From positions 21,452,001 through 21,516,000 of the forward strand of contig OZ024763.1 of NCBI GenBank assembly GCA_964016885.1: a stretch of DNA of 64,000 nucleotides, in the 5' to 3' direction. Below are positions 15,116 through 27,851 of the stretch, piece by piece (the first letter of the stretch is position 1; each line of letters begins with the position of its first letter). The position numbers were made by a program, and so were the translations under genes. The notes below the pieces were generated by a model that was not told the DNA's origin, ran no database searches, and was given only the letters and a program-made list of their open reading frames with translations. This stretch comes from Eledone cirrhosa (taxonomy: Eukaryota).

Positions 15116-15807
15116 GAAGAATCAAAACATATCAAATATGTTAGATTTTTGTGCTTCTCAATAAACAAGCTCAATAAACTTTGTCCATATATATATATTA
15201 TCATTTAATGCTTCCCCTGCTATATATATATGTGTATATACATGTATATATATATATAAACATTCACAAGGAACAATGTCAAAGATAGTTGACATGAAAA
15301 CATAGTGAAATATGGTGGTTGGTTGGTGAAGGGAGCTTTTTGAGTTGCGTAGCACCTCTGTATAAAAATGATGGAATTACTCCTTGCTGATAAAATATCA
15401 GAGATTATGGGCCTGTAGTTGAGTTTCCCATCCATCGGTCTGGGCCTTTCATCTCATCAGAATCAATAGAATAATAAATACGACACTGAATACCGAAGAG
15501 AATTTAAAACTTAAACATGAGGTGCCAGACCCAGACTGATATGGAAGCCGATTCACAGCTCCTAGCTAAATTATTTGCAGAGATATCAGAGGGACTTGCA
15601 TATCTAATATAGTGGGCTAAAAAAAGGAAAAGATAAAAAATCCAGTCATTTGAGATTAATAAAGCAATTAGTTGAGAAAAAGTTCCCCTGGCATGTTTAA
15701 AAATCTAATAAAGACAATAAACAAAGGGAGATAATATTAACAGGATCAGTAGAGCAAAACTTTTCGAGTATACAGACAATGAGAACTGAAGTAAATCTGG
15801 TCTTTGA

Positions 15808-16028
15808 CCCTTTAACATTTACATTACTCTATATTTACTATTATATTTTCATGGTAAAGGCTTCATCTCACCTAATTGTCTCACATAATATTGAATCTAT
15901 GAGATTTTGATGTTATATATGTTGAGAACAATACCTTAATGTTAGTATGAGTGGCCAGTTATAACCAGTTTGAACAGAAAAAGGTGAGAGATTTCTGTCC
16001 GGATACAGCCAGTTTAAATGCTAAAGGG
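15808..16028. mobile_element. piggyBac-like MITE P1
   Basis: CCCTTTAACATTT ... AAATGCTAAAGGG|TTA. Confidence 0.85.
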
Positions 16029-16902
16029 TTACATACATAACATACATAGATACATAATACATACATATATACATACATTCATACACAATACATACTTACA
16101 TACACAATACATACGTACATACATACATAATACATACATAGATACATACATCCATACACAATACATACATACATGCATACATACACACTACATACATACA
16201 TGCATACTTACATACATTCATACACAATACATATGTACATGCATACATAACACATACGTACATATATACATACATAATACATACATAGATACATACATAC
16301 ATAATACATACATAGATACATACATACACAATACATATGTACAAACATACATACATACATAAGCTGCTATCTTTAGATTTTCATTTAGAATGATCTAGAA
16401 AGAAATTTTAAGTTAATTTTTTATTTGTCTCTCTTCTTCCTCTCTCTCTCACTTCTGCCCCTGCTTATTATATAAACATGTGTATATACATAGCACACAT
16501 ATAAAACAAACTGAACACACCATAACAGTTAATTTTCCTGATATATTTTACTAGCTATTTCAATAGGAACTATTTTGTCCTTTAAAAGTGAAAGCGAAAA
16601 TAAAATTCTGTTGAAATGAACATTTTTTTTTGTTTACATTTTTTAGTTGTTAATGCCATGATTGCTTTTATCTCTTTAAAATAAAATAAAATAAAATAAT
16701 TTAAAATTAAATTAAAATAAAATAAATAAAACCGTGTCTCTAGTTTCTGTTGTCACTGATGCAAAGCTAGTTCACCTCATTTACAAGAGTGGTGCTAAGT
16801 GCAGCAGATTGTCTATATTCTATATTATCTTGCATTACAACTATTAACCTTCAGAAAGCTGCATTGAAATACTGAGAACATCATGAACATTTCATTGAAC
16901 AT

Positions 16903-17240
16903 CTCTTCTTCTTCTTCTTTGCTTTCTTCTTCTTCTTCTTTGCCTTCTTCTTCTTTGCTTTCTTCTTCTTCTTCTGTGCCTTCTTCTTCTTCTTCTGTGC
17001 CTTCTTCTTCTTCTTCTGTGCCTTCTTCTTCTTCTTCTGTGCCTTCTTCTTCTTTGCTTTCTTCTTCTTCTTCTTCTTCTTCTTCTTCTTCTTCTTCTTC
17101 TTCTTCTTCTTCTTCTTCTTCTTTGCTTTCTTCTTCTTTGCTTTCTTCTTCTTCTTCTTTGCTTTCTTCTTCTTTGCTTTCTTCTTCTTCTTCTTCTTCT
17201 TTGCCTTCTTCTTCTTTGCTTTCTTCTTCTTCTTCTTCTT
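16903..17240. repeat. interrupted (CTT)n microsatellite
   Basis: Direct reading. Gives the spurious poly-K and poly-S ORFs. Confidence 0.95.
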
Positions 17241-17291
17241 AATGCTTTTGCTCTGGCAGATTATTGTTATTATTATTATTATCATCATCAT

Positions 17292-17373
17292 TAGTAGTAG
17301 TATTATTATTTTTTTTATTTCATTTTGATATTGTATTTTATAAAATATATCTATACATATATATATACATACA

Positions 17374-17429
<56 letters not shown>

Positions 17430-17509
17430 TGTATGTATATATATATGTATAGATATATTTTATAAAATACAATATCAAAATGAAATAAAAAATAATAATA
17501 CTACTACTA
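17292..17509. repeat. near-perfect palindrome (foldback) centred on (TA)n
   Basis: TAGTAGTAGTATTATTA...CATACATCTA (TA)n TAGATGTATG...TAATAATACTACTACTA. Arms differ only in a T8 vs A6 run. Confidence 0.9.
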
Positions 17510-17778
17510 TATATATAAATATATATATATATAAATAAAAATTCTGGAAATTTCTTTTTTAAAAAGTCTATTAACCTTCATTAAAGTCTTGTGACTGATT
17601 CTGTTCTGATATATTGAAAAGTGTAAAGATATGTAGGTTAATTTTTGTTATGGTTTATGTTGGTGTTTTTTATGTACAAATTACTTTGAACATGATTAGC
17701 TCGCTAAGGTGGTATGGTGGTATTTAGACTTATTTTCTTATCTATATTAATATGTTAGTGTGTGTTATATATGTATGC

Positions 17779-17820
<42 letters not shown>

Positions 17821-17964
17821 GTATATATATATTTATGAATAGACACACATATTATATATATGTATACACACACACACACATATATATATACGTATACATA
17901 TATATATGTATACACACACATATACATATATATATACTGTATATATACACACACTCACACACAC

Positions 17965-17996
<32 letters not shown>

Positions 17997-19184
17997 CTCC
18001 TTAATAGAATTTTTAGATAGAATTTTTCCAAGAAAATTTCCAACATTAGACTCGACTATATTTCCCCCACTCCTACCCCTTCACCCTCCAATCCTCTTCT
18101 TATTATATATCTCTCTCTCTCTCCTCTTCTTTACTATTGTAAAAAATTTTCACTTTTCAATTAACATTTTATAATACAGTCTTTTAATATTTCAGGTTTT
18201 GTTACAGAACATAATCGGGTTAGAAATAATAAGGGGACATTTTGTCACTCCACAGTTACTGTTTTATAGATTCAGTAAAGAATATTTTCAAAGAATTCCT
18301 CAAAGATAAGAAAAAATTAAAAGCAAGACTTGAAGGGTTGGGGGTGTATGGTAAACGAGATTAATGTCTTCCTAAGACTCTCTAAAATGCCATCTTGTCT
18401 CTTTCCATGTTAGTCCTGTTGTCTTTCTTGTTGTCTTTTCTTCTTCTTCATCATCATCATCATCATCGCCTTCTGTCTTCTGTCATCTTCTTCTTTCTCT
18501 TCTTCTCGACATGTGTTACGAGCAGGATGTGTGTGTGTGTATGTATGCATACAAATCTATATAAAGTTGTGTCTGTGTGTGATGATGGTGGCGGTGATGG
18601 TGGTGGTGATGTTGGCCGTGGAGTGTGGTCATGATGATGATGATGATGATGATGATAGTGGTGGTGGTGATGATAATGATGATGGTGGTGATGATGATGG
18701 TTATGGTGGTGGTGGTGATGGTGGCCGTAGTGTTTGATCATCATGATGATGATGGTGGTGGTGGAAGCAGTGGTAATGGTGGCGGTGGTGATGATGATGA
18801 TGGTGATGGTGGCTATGGTGTGTGGTCATGATGATGATGGTGGTGGTGGTAGAATATATGGCTAAACCAGATTTAAATATAAAATATTCTCCAACATGTA
18901 TTTCCTCCCTTCAGATATTTTATTATTTGTGTCTGTTAGAATTCCTTAGTTTCGCTTCTTTGCATCAATTGCAAGGCATTATTTATTCAGAAGCCTAGCA
19001 CATGAAAGACAATATTTTTATAAGCCTTGAAAACCAGGATTAAAGATGCAGAGAAAACAAAGGATGCAAGCAGAATTTGGTTACGCAAGGGATTCACAAT
19101 TTGGTTTTTGAAAAAATAATATTTGTAAAAGAACAAAAATTGCATTTCCATTCTATCTGACACACATTTTAGCTTTCCCTTTAA

Positions 19185-19632
19185 CTCTTTAGCATTTAAA
19201 CTTGCCATATCTGGCCAGAATTCTCTCACCTTTTTCTGTTGAAACTGGCCATTTCTGGCCAGAAATCTCTCACCTCCTTCTGTTTACACTGGCTGTATCT
19301 GGCCAGAATTCTCTCACCTTTTTCTGTTGAAACCAGCTATATCTGGCCAGAACTCTCTCACCTCTTTCTGTTGAAACCAGCTATATCTGGCCAGAATTCT
19401 CTCACCTCTTTCTGTTGAAACCAGCTATATCTGGCCAGAACTCTCTCACCTCTTTCTGTTGAAACCAGCTATATCTGGCCAGAATTCTCTCACCTTTTTC
19501 TGTTTAAACTGGCTGTATCTGGCCAGAATTCTCCCACTTCTTTCTGTTCAAACTGGCTGTAACCAGCCACTCATACTGATGTTAAGATATTGTTCTTGAA
19601 ATAAATAATATCAAAACCTCATAGATTCGATA
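19185..19632. mobile_element. piggyBac-like MITE P1 with internal 44-bp tandem expansion (8 copies), right end replaced by LINE sequence
   Basis: TTAA|CTCTTTAGCATTT start. TATCTGGCCAGAATTCTCTCACC unit every 44 bp from 19208 to about 19560. Confidence 0.85.
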
Positions 19633-19915
19633 TTGCAGGTAGTTTGTTCCATGCTTCAGCAACTCTGAGCATGAAAAAATGTTTCTGAAAGTCATGGGAG
19701 CTGTGCTGTTTTCTGATTTTGTAGACATGTCTATGGGTGTTAGACATATGGAATTCAAAAAGGTGCTCAGGGTTGTTTTTGGAAGGATGGTTAAAAATGT
19801 TGTGGGTGTCTACCAAGTTAGTTGCCAGACGTCGGAGCTTCAATGTATCCATGCCCAGGGAAGCAAGGTGTTCAGAGTATAGTAGATACCTGATGGAGGG
19901 TATTTTTATGCATAT
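19633..19915 (-). mobile_element. CR1/L2-type LINE 3' ORF remnant
   Basis: LASLGMDTLKLRRL...KHFFMLRVAEAWNKLP is the typical CR1-clade C-terminal motif. Same family as 34052-35003. Confidence 0.85.
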
Positions 19916-20847
19916 ACATGATATATATATATGTATAAGAACAGTAGAGGAATTTGAAATACATGACAAATTGGTATTGGAAATTAAGTGGCTTCCAAAA
20001 TAAAATAATATTCTTTCTTTCTTTCTATTCCGTTAATCAAAGGTTCTGGTTCTTTTGTGTAGGAAAGGAAGCTATGGTTCCCAAAATATTCTCGGTGTTT
20101 ATTTATAAATGGCCAAGATATTTGAAATCAGAAATGTGAAATATAAAACTAGATAGCATGAAGTATAATTCTGTTGATCTGTCTTTTATTGTCTTGTAAC
20201 TTTTCTTCTTTCAAAGTAGTTATAATGTTATTGATGAAAGAAAGGGAAAAAATATAGTTTGGTTCGGTTTGGTCTCTCATTGTTGTAACTGTCAGACCTT
20301 CCAGGGAAAGAGAGAGAGTTTAAGAAAGAGAGAGAAAAAATAAGAGAAAAAGGGAGAGGAGAAAGAAAGAAATAGAGAAAGAGTAAGAGAGAGGGAAAGA
20401 GAGAATGAAGGAGAAAGAGAGAGGCAGAAAAATATAGTTTCGCTGCAACTGTCAGCCCTCCCTCCCCTCACCACCACCATTACATAACTTTGTGAGGAGA
20501 GGGCGACAGAAAGAGGAGGGGAGTTTAAGAAAGAGAAAGAAAGAAAGAGGTAGAGAAAGAGTAAGAGAGAGATAGAAAGAGAAAGAGAGAGAAAAAGAAA
20601 GAAACGTTGCCAGATAAAGGAAATTGTGTGTGTTATAAAACTCCTTTTAAACTGTATTTCATCATCATCATCATCATCATCTCAGCTAATACTAGGAGCA
20701 ATTCTTCCTCTGTTTCTCTCTTTTTTCCACTCACTCTATGCTTCTCTGGAAGAAATCTATTGTATTCAGGTTTAAATATACCCTAAAAATGCAGTATGTT
20801 AACATGGCACCCCTACAACTCCCTCGGGAATTACAGAACAAGGAAAA

Positions 20848-20900
<53 letters not shown>

Positions 20901-21057
20901 TTTGATAAAAAGAACAGGAGGTCGGACTGGTGATATTCTTTAAAGTAGTTTTATTGTTGTAAAAACACTATAGATATTTCAATGGCCTGGTTATGTAAGG
21001 TCCTGGTGACATCATCAGGTGTGGATTGCATATAATCCCTATATATATATATATATC

Positions 21058-21380
21058 TATCATCATCATCATCATCATCATCATTTTACGTCTACTTTTC
21101 CCTGCTTGCAAGGGTGGACGGGCCCTCATCAGCACAGCATCTCTCTCCATTCGTCACGGTCCTTCGTCATCTCCTCTGTGTGCTTCAGCGATCTGAGGTC
21201 TGCTCTCACCACCTCCACCCATGTTTTTCGTGGTCTACTGCGTCTTCCTTCTACTGGGATTTCTTGGCACTTCTTTACCCAGCGGGCATCCTCCATGTAC
21301 ATCTCATGTCCATACCAACGCAGTCTTCTATCCCACACACTACAGCTTATCCCTCTTATACACAGTTTCTCTCTCAACTT
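21058..21380 (-). mobile_element. RTE LINE 3' fragment with (GAT)n tail
   Basis: RRLRWYGH...VEGRRSRPRKTWVEVVRADL...DRDEWR (ORF 21129-21377), short 3' UTR, microsatellite tail. Confidence 0.9.
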
Positions 21381-21401
21381 GTCTATATATATATATATAT
21401 A

Positions 21402-21700
21402 TGTAGGAGGTGAGTTTTATTGTAGTACAATAAAGCAATGCAGATATCGGATAAGAAGCACTCTACAGTTTGTAGGACTGGAGTATAAATAATATATAAG
21501 ATCAAAAGATGGTTAAAAGAGTTCCATATGTTGATTTAAAACTGCACTATTCACAAGTGTGTTTTAACCTTCATATCATGTCTCCCTATTTTATCTGACG
21601 AAAACGCAAATGTTATTGCATGATGATATTTGTTTTTGAAATGCGCATAATAAAATACATGGAACTTTTTTAACCATCTTTTGATCTTATATATTATATT
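21402..21700 (+). mobile_element. Penelope-like non-autonomous hairpin element (family H1) in (TA)n
   Basis: About 88-bp unique tail, inverted arms (about 21490-21531 / 21657-21700) enclosing a hammerhead. Second copy at 41692-41980. Confidence 0.7.
21587..21657 (+). ncRNA. type I hammerhead ribozyme (intact core)
   Basis: Stem I TATTTTAT/ATAAAATA, CTGACGA, long stem II 21602-21637, GAAA, palindromic stem III TGCGCA, predicted AUA cleavage after 21649. Confidence 0.85.
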
Positions 21701-21829
21701 ATATATATATATATATATACACACACTTATCTCTCTTATACACAGTTTCTCTCTCAACTCTCTCTATATCTATATACACACTTATCCCTCTTACACAGTT
21801 TCTCTCACAACTCGTCTACATATATAACA

Positions 21830-22022
21830 CGGTAAAAAGCACCCAGTCCACACTGTAAATGTGGTTGGTGTTAAGAAGGGCATCCAGCCATAGAAAACCT
21901 GCCAGACGGTCCTATACGAGCGAGACACGGTCACCCACTTGCCTCAAGTGGGACAATTCCTGTCTAACCCATGCTAGTGTAGAAGATAGACATTAAACGA
22001 TGATGATGATGAAGATGATGAT
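21830..22022 (+). mobile_element. RTE 3' UTR fragment with (GAT)n tail
   Basis: GGTTGGTGTTAAGAAGGGCATCCAGCC...AACCCATGCTAG...GACATTAAACGATGATG. Matches 62920-63108. Confidence 0.75.
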
Positions 22023-22351
22023 AGCAGGACCTGTGGAAATTCCACACATGAAGAAATTAAGAGGAGCTATTTAAAAGATGTTCGTTTAGTTGAATCTTAA
22101 TCTCATTTCTCCTGTTGTCTTAGTCTGCTTGTTCTAAAAAAATGTCTCTAGTCTTCATTCATTTCCTCAAGTCTGTTTATGTGTTTATTTATGAATATGT
22201 ATGAGTTGATGTGTGTGTGGTTGCACTTTTGTTGTCTGTGTATCTCTTTATGTATTTATATATAGATGTGTGTGTATGTAACTAAAGCATAACATATGAA
22301 TGAATAGACAAAACACACCAAAAATTATAATAAGATGTGTATATATATATC

Positions 22352-22570
22352 ATTTCATCATTCATCATTTCATTTTACGTCCGTTTTTTCCCTGCTTGCA
22401 AGGGTGGGACGGGAACTGATTCTGACTTGATTTCTACAGCTGGATGCCCTTCCTAACACCAACCTCATTTACAGTGAGTGCTGGGTGCTTTTTTGCCGTG
22501 GCACCTCCACGACCCCTTTGCAGTGGAATGATATGGACCCCAGTCCCTATCATCTCATTTCTACAGCTGA
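22352..22570 (-). mobile_element. SINE family S1, 5'-truncated
   Basis: Reverse complement of the 3' two-thirds of 36102-36447. Confidence 0.85.
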
Positions 22571-22740
22571 GTATATATATATATATACGTCCCACACTTG
22601 CAAGCAGGGAAAAAGGACGTAAAATGATGATGATGATATATATACATATTCACACACTTATATAGATTCACATTGAGTATAGAGACATACATACACATAG
22701 ATGTATACACACATGCATATATATATATATATATATATAT

Positions 22741-23088
22741 CATCATCATCATCATCATTTCATTTTACGTCCGCTTTTTCCCTGCTTGCAAAGGTGGGAC
22801 GGGAACTGATTCTGACTTGATTTCTACAGCTGGATGCCCTTCCTAACACCAACCTCATTTACAGTGAGTGCTGGGTGCTTGTTTGCCGTGGCGCCTGCAC
22901 GACCACTTTACAGTGGAATGATAGGGACCCCAGTCCCTATCATCTCATTTCTATGGCTGAGTAAACTGGAGCAATGTGAAATAAAGTGTCTTGCTCAAGG
23001 AAACAACACATCACCCGGTCTGAAAATTGAACTCACAACCTTTCGATTGCAAGGCCAATGCTCTAACCACTAAGCCATGTGCCTCCAT
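22741..23088 (-). mobile_element. SINE family S1, full length (tRNA head + RTE-type tail)
   Basis: Near-identical to 36102-36447. Flanked by (TA)n. Confidence 0.92.
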
Positions 23089-23331
23089 ATGTATATATAT
23101 ATTTATATTTGCACAGACACCTGTAACAGTTCAGAAGTAAATGTGCGTATATAAATATTCACATTAAATATATACACACATATATACACACAAATTCACA
23201 CTTACTCTCACATGTACACATGAAGTGTTACACACACACACTCATATAACAGGAGAGGTAAACAAGACTGTATAAATGTGTATATATATAAATAATACAA
23301 ATTGGGTATATAGACACATATACATACATCT

Positions 23332-23367
<36 letters not shown>

Positions 23368-24009
23368 TTGTACATATGAGTTTATATATACACACACACA
23401 TATATAACAGGAGAAAGGTAACCAAGACTGTGTAAATGTGTGTGTATATATATATGTATACACATACACACACTCACACACAAATACATACAGACTCATA
23501 CACACATTCACACATATTCACATGTATACATTTGCATGTATATAAATACACGCATTAAGTATACAGACGCACACACACCCACTCACACGAATACACACAC
23601 ACACACACATAAATACATACACACACAAATACATACACACACACATATACAGACACACACACATATATACACACACACAAATACAGACACATACAAATAC
23701 AGACACACACACATATACAGACACACACACGTATATACACACACACACAAATACATACACACACACACATATATACACACACACAAATACAGACACACAC
23801 AAATACAGACACACACATATATACACACACACACAAATACAGACACACACATATATACAGACACACACACATATACATACACACACACACATATATATAT
23901 ACACACACACACAGATATTTGATAATCATTTTCATCAATAGTACTTAACTATTAATTGCGTGATGTTTTCGTAAACACCCATTTAGGTGTAGTGTGAACT
24001 ATTTCAGTA

Positions 24010-24500
24010 CTCTCTCTCGCTCACCTCTGTCTCTCTCTCACCTCACTCTCTCTCTCTCTCTCTCACCTCTGTCTCTCTCTCACCTCACTCTCTCTCTCTC
24101 TCTCTCTCTCTCACCTCTGTCTCTCTCTCACCTCACTATCTCTCCCAAAACTCTAACTTTCAAAACTCACTCTCTCTTTCACCTCTCACCCCACTCTCTC
24201 ACCCCACTCTCTCTCACCCCACTCTCTCTCACCTCACTCTCTCTCACCTCACTCTCTCTCACCTCACTCTCTCTCACCTCACTCTCTCTCACCTCACTCT
24301 CTATTACATCACTCTCTCTCTCACCTCACTCTCTCTCTCACATCACTCACTCTCTCACATCACTCACTCTCTCTCACCTCACTCTCTCTCACCACTCACT
24401 CTCTCTCACCACTCACTCTCTCTCACCACTCACTCTCTCTCACCACTCACTCTCTCTCACCACTCACTCTATCACCTCACTCTCTCACCCCCCCCCCCCA
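24010..24500. repeat. (CT/CTCAC)-rich polypyrimidine simple repeat
   Basis: Direct reading. Gives a spurious SLTSL ORF. Confidence 0.9.
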
Positions 24501-25499
24501 TCTCTCCCTAAATCACTGTTATATACTTACCTGTATAAAAAATACAACCTCTTCTATTTTATTTACCCCAAACTTTCTCAAATATTTGCTTATCTCCATC
24601 AGAACATTCTCCAATGTTATTTCTTATTGATTAAAAAAAAAAAGGTTTTTTCAGTACGTTTAACTTTTGTTTTCACCAGACAAGTCTGCAAATTCAGAAC
24701 TTTTCTTACTTAATCATTTATATATATATATATATATAGTATGTATATGTACTTTTTTGTGGTGGTTGTGGTGGTTTGTGGTTGGGAGTTTAAATATTAT
24801 TATTAGTGATGGTGATGGTGGTGGGTTTAAATATTATTGGTGATGGTGGTGGTTGTGGTGAAGTTTAAATACTATTATTGGTGGTGGTAGAGATGGTGGT
24901 GGCCGTGGTGTTGGGTTTAAATATTATTGGTCATCTCACCATTACTTACATTTTCTACTCTAAATAAATTCAGTATGTTCCAGACATATTGTTTCCTTCC
25001 CACCCCACCACCCCGCCACTTCTATTCCTACTGGAACAATCTCAGCTCTTTTATAATTTAATTATTTAGCTGCCCACGTAGAACTAATCACCCAGTCTCA
25101 CCTGTTTCTCTCCTCTTCCTCCTATCACCTCTATTGTGTTTTATCTATGGCCTGACACCTGGGCTACCCCTATAATCAAGGGCTGAAACACTTGCTTGAT
25201 GGGGAGTTCTTCCTCTGAAGATCCTTCTGATGTCTGTTCACCCTGACACAGGTTTTCTGCTGACTATTTCTAAACTAAACATTTATTTTATATTGTCAGT
25301 CCACGCTATAATGTGGTTGTGTTGGTGCCACGATAAAAACCACCCGGTCCACACTGTAATGTGGTTGGTGCTAGGAAGGGCATCCAGCCATAGAAATCAA
25401 GCCAGAAACAGTTCTGTGTAAGACATGGTCACACAGGGTCACATTTCGTCAAACCCATGCTAGCACGAAAAGATAAACAAAACAAAACTAGCAAAAAAT

Positions 25500-25670
25500 A
25501 TATTAGAGAGTGTCTGGTCCCTACAGCTGAGCTCTTGCCATTCTCATAGCTAATTCCTAGAGTTAGCTGTCAAAACAACAAGAGCTCACCCATTGGGCTC
25601 TGACTTTCTCTAATATAACCATACTCTACTACCCCCAGTATTGAGTACTCTGGTGAATAATGGTCTTACT
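25500..25670. mobile_element. degenerate palindromic MITE (family M1)
   Basis: CAGCTGAGCTCTTG...CAAGAGCTCA...CTCTACTACCCCCAGTATTGAGTACTCTGGTG. Homologous to 32248-32520. Confidence 0.65.
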
Positions 25671-25734
25671 AGTTTAAAACTGTTAAAATCCTGACCTATC
25701 TATCTATTTATCTATCATCATCATCATCATATAT

Positions 25735-25954
25735 TATATCGACAGTCGATTGACTTATGTCAAATCGGACTGAGCGAACAATGTTTCCATTGGTCTTTCC
25801 AATTGCTAATACTATCTATTGGTTGCAACTCCAGGTAGAAGGAAAAACGTGAAATAAAGTGTCTTGCCCAACGACATAATGCATCACCTGGTCCGGGAAT
25901 CAAACTAACAACCTCACGATTGTGAACCCAATTCTCTAACCACTCAGCCACGTG

Positions 25955-25958
<4 letters not shown>
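25735..25958 (-). mobile_element. tRNA-derived SINE family S2
   Basis: Head GGCACGTGGCTGAGTGG...GTTTGATTCCC on the minus strand. Body CAATGTTTCCATTGGTCTTTCC shared with 42215-42370 and 49230-49470. Confidence 0.75.
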
Positions 25959-25989
<31 letters not shown>

Positions 25990-26292
25990 GATAACAAAAT
26001 ATCGTTATAGGTAATCCAGTTAGAGGTTATGAATACTTCTTATTATGGATAGTTTTAGTGTACGGCGTTGCTTGACTCAACAAGAGGTTTATGTAGATGA
26101 CGAGTTTATGATTTCACTTGTATTCCTATGTAAGTTTATCTTGGAGTAATCAAATTGAAAAAGGGGAGAATAACATGGTCAACAGTACAAAAAAGGGAAT
26201 TTATTTGCAGTGAAACAATTGTTAGACTGCAAATAAATCCACTTTTATGTACCATGTTATTCTCCACTTTTTCAATTATATATATATATATA

Positions 26293-26977
26293 TTTCGTTT
26301 CTGAATTTGTTTAGCAAGATTCTTTATCTGAAATCGTGTGTTGAAACCGATATTGTTATACTTTGGGAGGGTCATGTTGCCAATAAGAACATAGAAATAA
26401 AAATAGAATCCACACACAGAAAAGATGCAATGTTTAGGCAAATTACAGAGGCAGTAAGCATAAAAGAATTACAACCAAAATTAAATAGAAAATATGAGTG
26501 GAACAGCAACATCACAACTTACAATTAAGGACAAAATGAAAACACACACAGGACAAAATGAAAACACACACACACATAGAACAAACAACCAACCAACAAT
26601 AAATAAATAAATAAATAAACAAATAGATAAATGAACACAAACACACACAGACACCCGGATGTGGCGCATGCGCAAACTGAGCACACAACACACACACAGA
26701 AACAAAATAGTGTAGGATAGAAGAAAGGAAAGGCACAGAAACAAAGAAAGGAATCCCCAGTCACTGAAGAGGTCACAGAGTGTGTGACGAAAGGACTATG
26801 ACTATATATAAACAACTATCTGGTTGTGGAACCAACCAACTAACCAGAAATTTATAAGTTTGTAAGTTTGTAAATTTGTAAATTTATAAATTTATAAATA
26901 TATAATAAATTGAAGTGAAAGCAACTGGTGCGTGTGTTTCTTATTGGCAACATGACCCTCCCAAAGTATAACAATAT
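26293..26977 (+). mobile_element. 5'-truncated Penelope-like element (GIY-YIG C-terminus + pLTR with hammerhead + inverted 5' arm)
   Basis: FRQITEAVSIKELQPKLNRKYEW (26389-26528) fits the PLE GIY-YIG C-terminal RxxxEAxxIxxxxPxLN motif. 40-bp inverted arms 26350-26389 / 26938-26977, 57-nt extension on the inverted arm, (TA)n flanks. Confidence 0.85.
26759..26803 (+). ncRNA. minimal type I hammerhead ribozyme in PLE pLTR
   Basis: AGTCA-CTGAAGA-G-GTCAC(agagtgt)GTGAC-GAAA-GGAC-TA-TGACT. Predicted CUA cleavage after 26798. Confidence 0.75.
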
Positions 26978-27019
26978 ATATATATATTTATATATATTTA
27001 TATAAATAAAAATCAAGAT

Positions 27020-27205
27020 GGATTCAGTTTGAAACTGGTTAGGCCATTACTCACCAGAGTACTCGATACTTGGAGTAGTAGAGTGTGGTTATATTATAAA
27101 GAGTCAGGACCCCGACAGCTGAGCTCTTGCCATTTCAACAGCTAGTTCTAGACTGGAGCTAGCTGTTGGAACAGCAAGAGCTCAGCTGTTGAAGCCCCGA
27201 CTCTG
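27020..27205. mobile_element. partial palindromic MITE M1
   Basis: AGAGTCAGGACCCCGACAGCTGAGCTCTTG...CAAGAGCTCAGCTGTTG...CCCGACTCT. Confidence 0.7.
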
Positions 27206-27704
27206 TATAAAATATATCTATATCATCATCATCACTGTATTATGTCCATTCTTCCATGCTAGCATGGGTTAGACGACATGAGCATATGTCCACACACAGA
27301 TATATATATATGTATACACCATCACACATGCCTATAGATTTGTTTAAATCTTTAAAAAATAAATATCTTATTATTTTATTATTCATGAAATATATTTCTA
27401 ATCTAAACATTTACTTTATATTGTCAATATTTACATCATTCCATTTGAGGTCTTTGCCATTGACTGTCACTTATTCTACCACCACAGATTATTTCATCTA
27501 ATTCTCAATATTTTCATCTCAATCAGCTTGTTTGAAGAGATTAGTACATTAGTACATTAACTGATAACCGCCACAGTCTGACACTAGTAAGTCTTGTTAG
27601 TATTTCTTCAACAGTCAGACAGGATTCACTTGAAACACTTGTGTAATATTTCACTTTGAACTCTGTTGTTTGTTGTTCTATAACAATACTGAACACTGCT
27701 GCTG

Positions 27705-27758
<54 letters not shown>

Positions 27759-27851
27759 GCTCTGCTAGTTTCATTATAGTTTGAGAAATAGTTCGTTAGA
27801 AATCACTTAATAAATTTAAGATGTTAAGAGTCTAATTATATATATATATAT

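Noticed and set aside
15436-15455. Minus-strand CTGATGA-GAT-GAAA
   Set aside because: There is no room for stem II and no UH plus stem I.
16881-17291. Poly-Lys histone-H1/protamine-like ORF
   Set aside because: It is an interrupted (CTT)n microsatellite.
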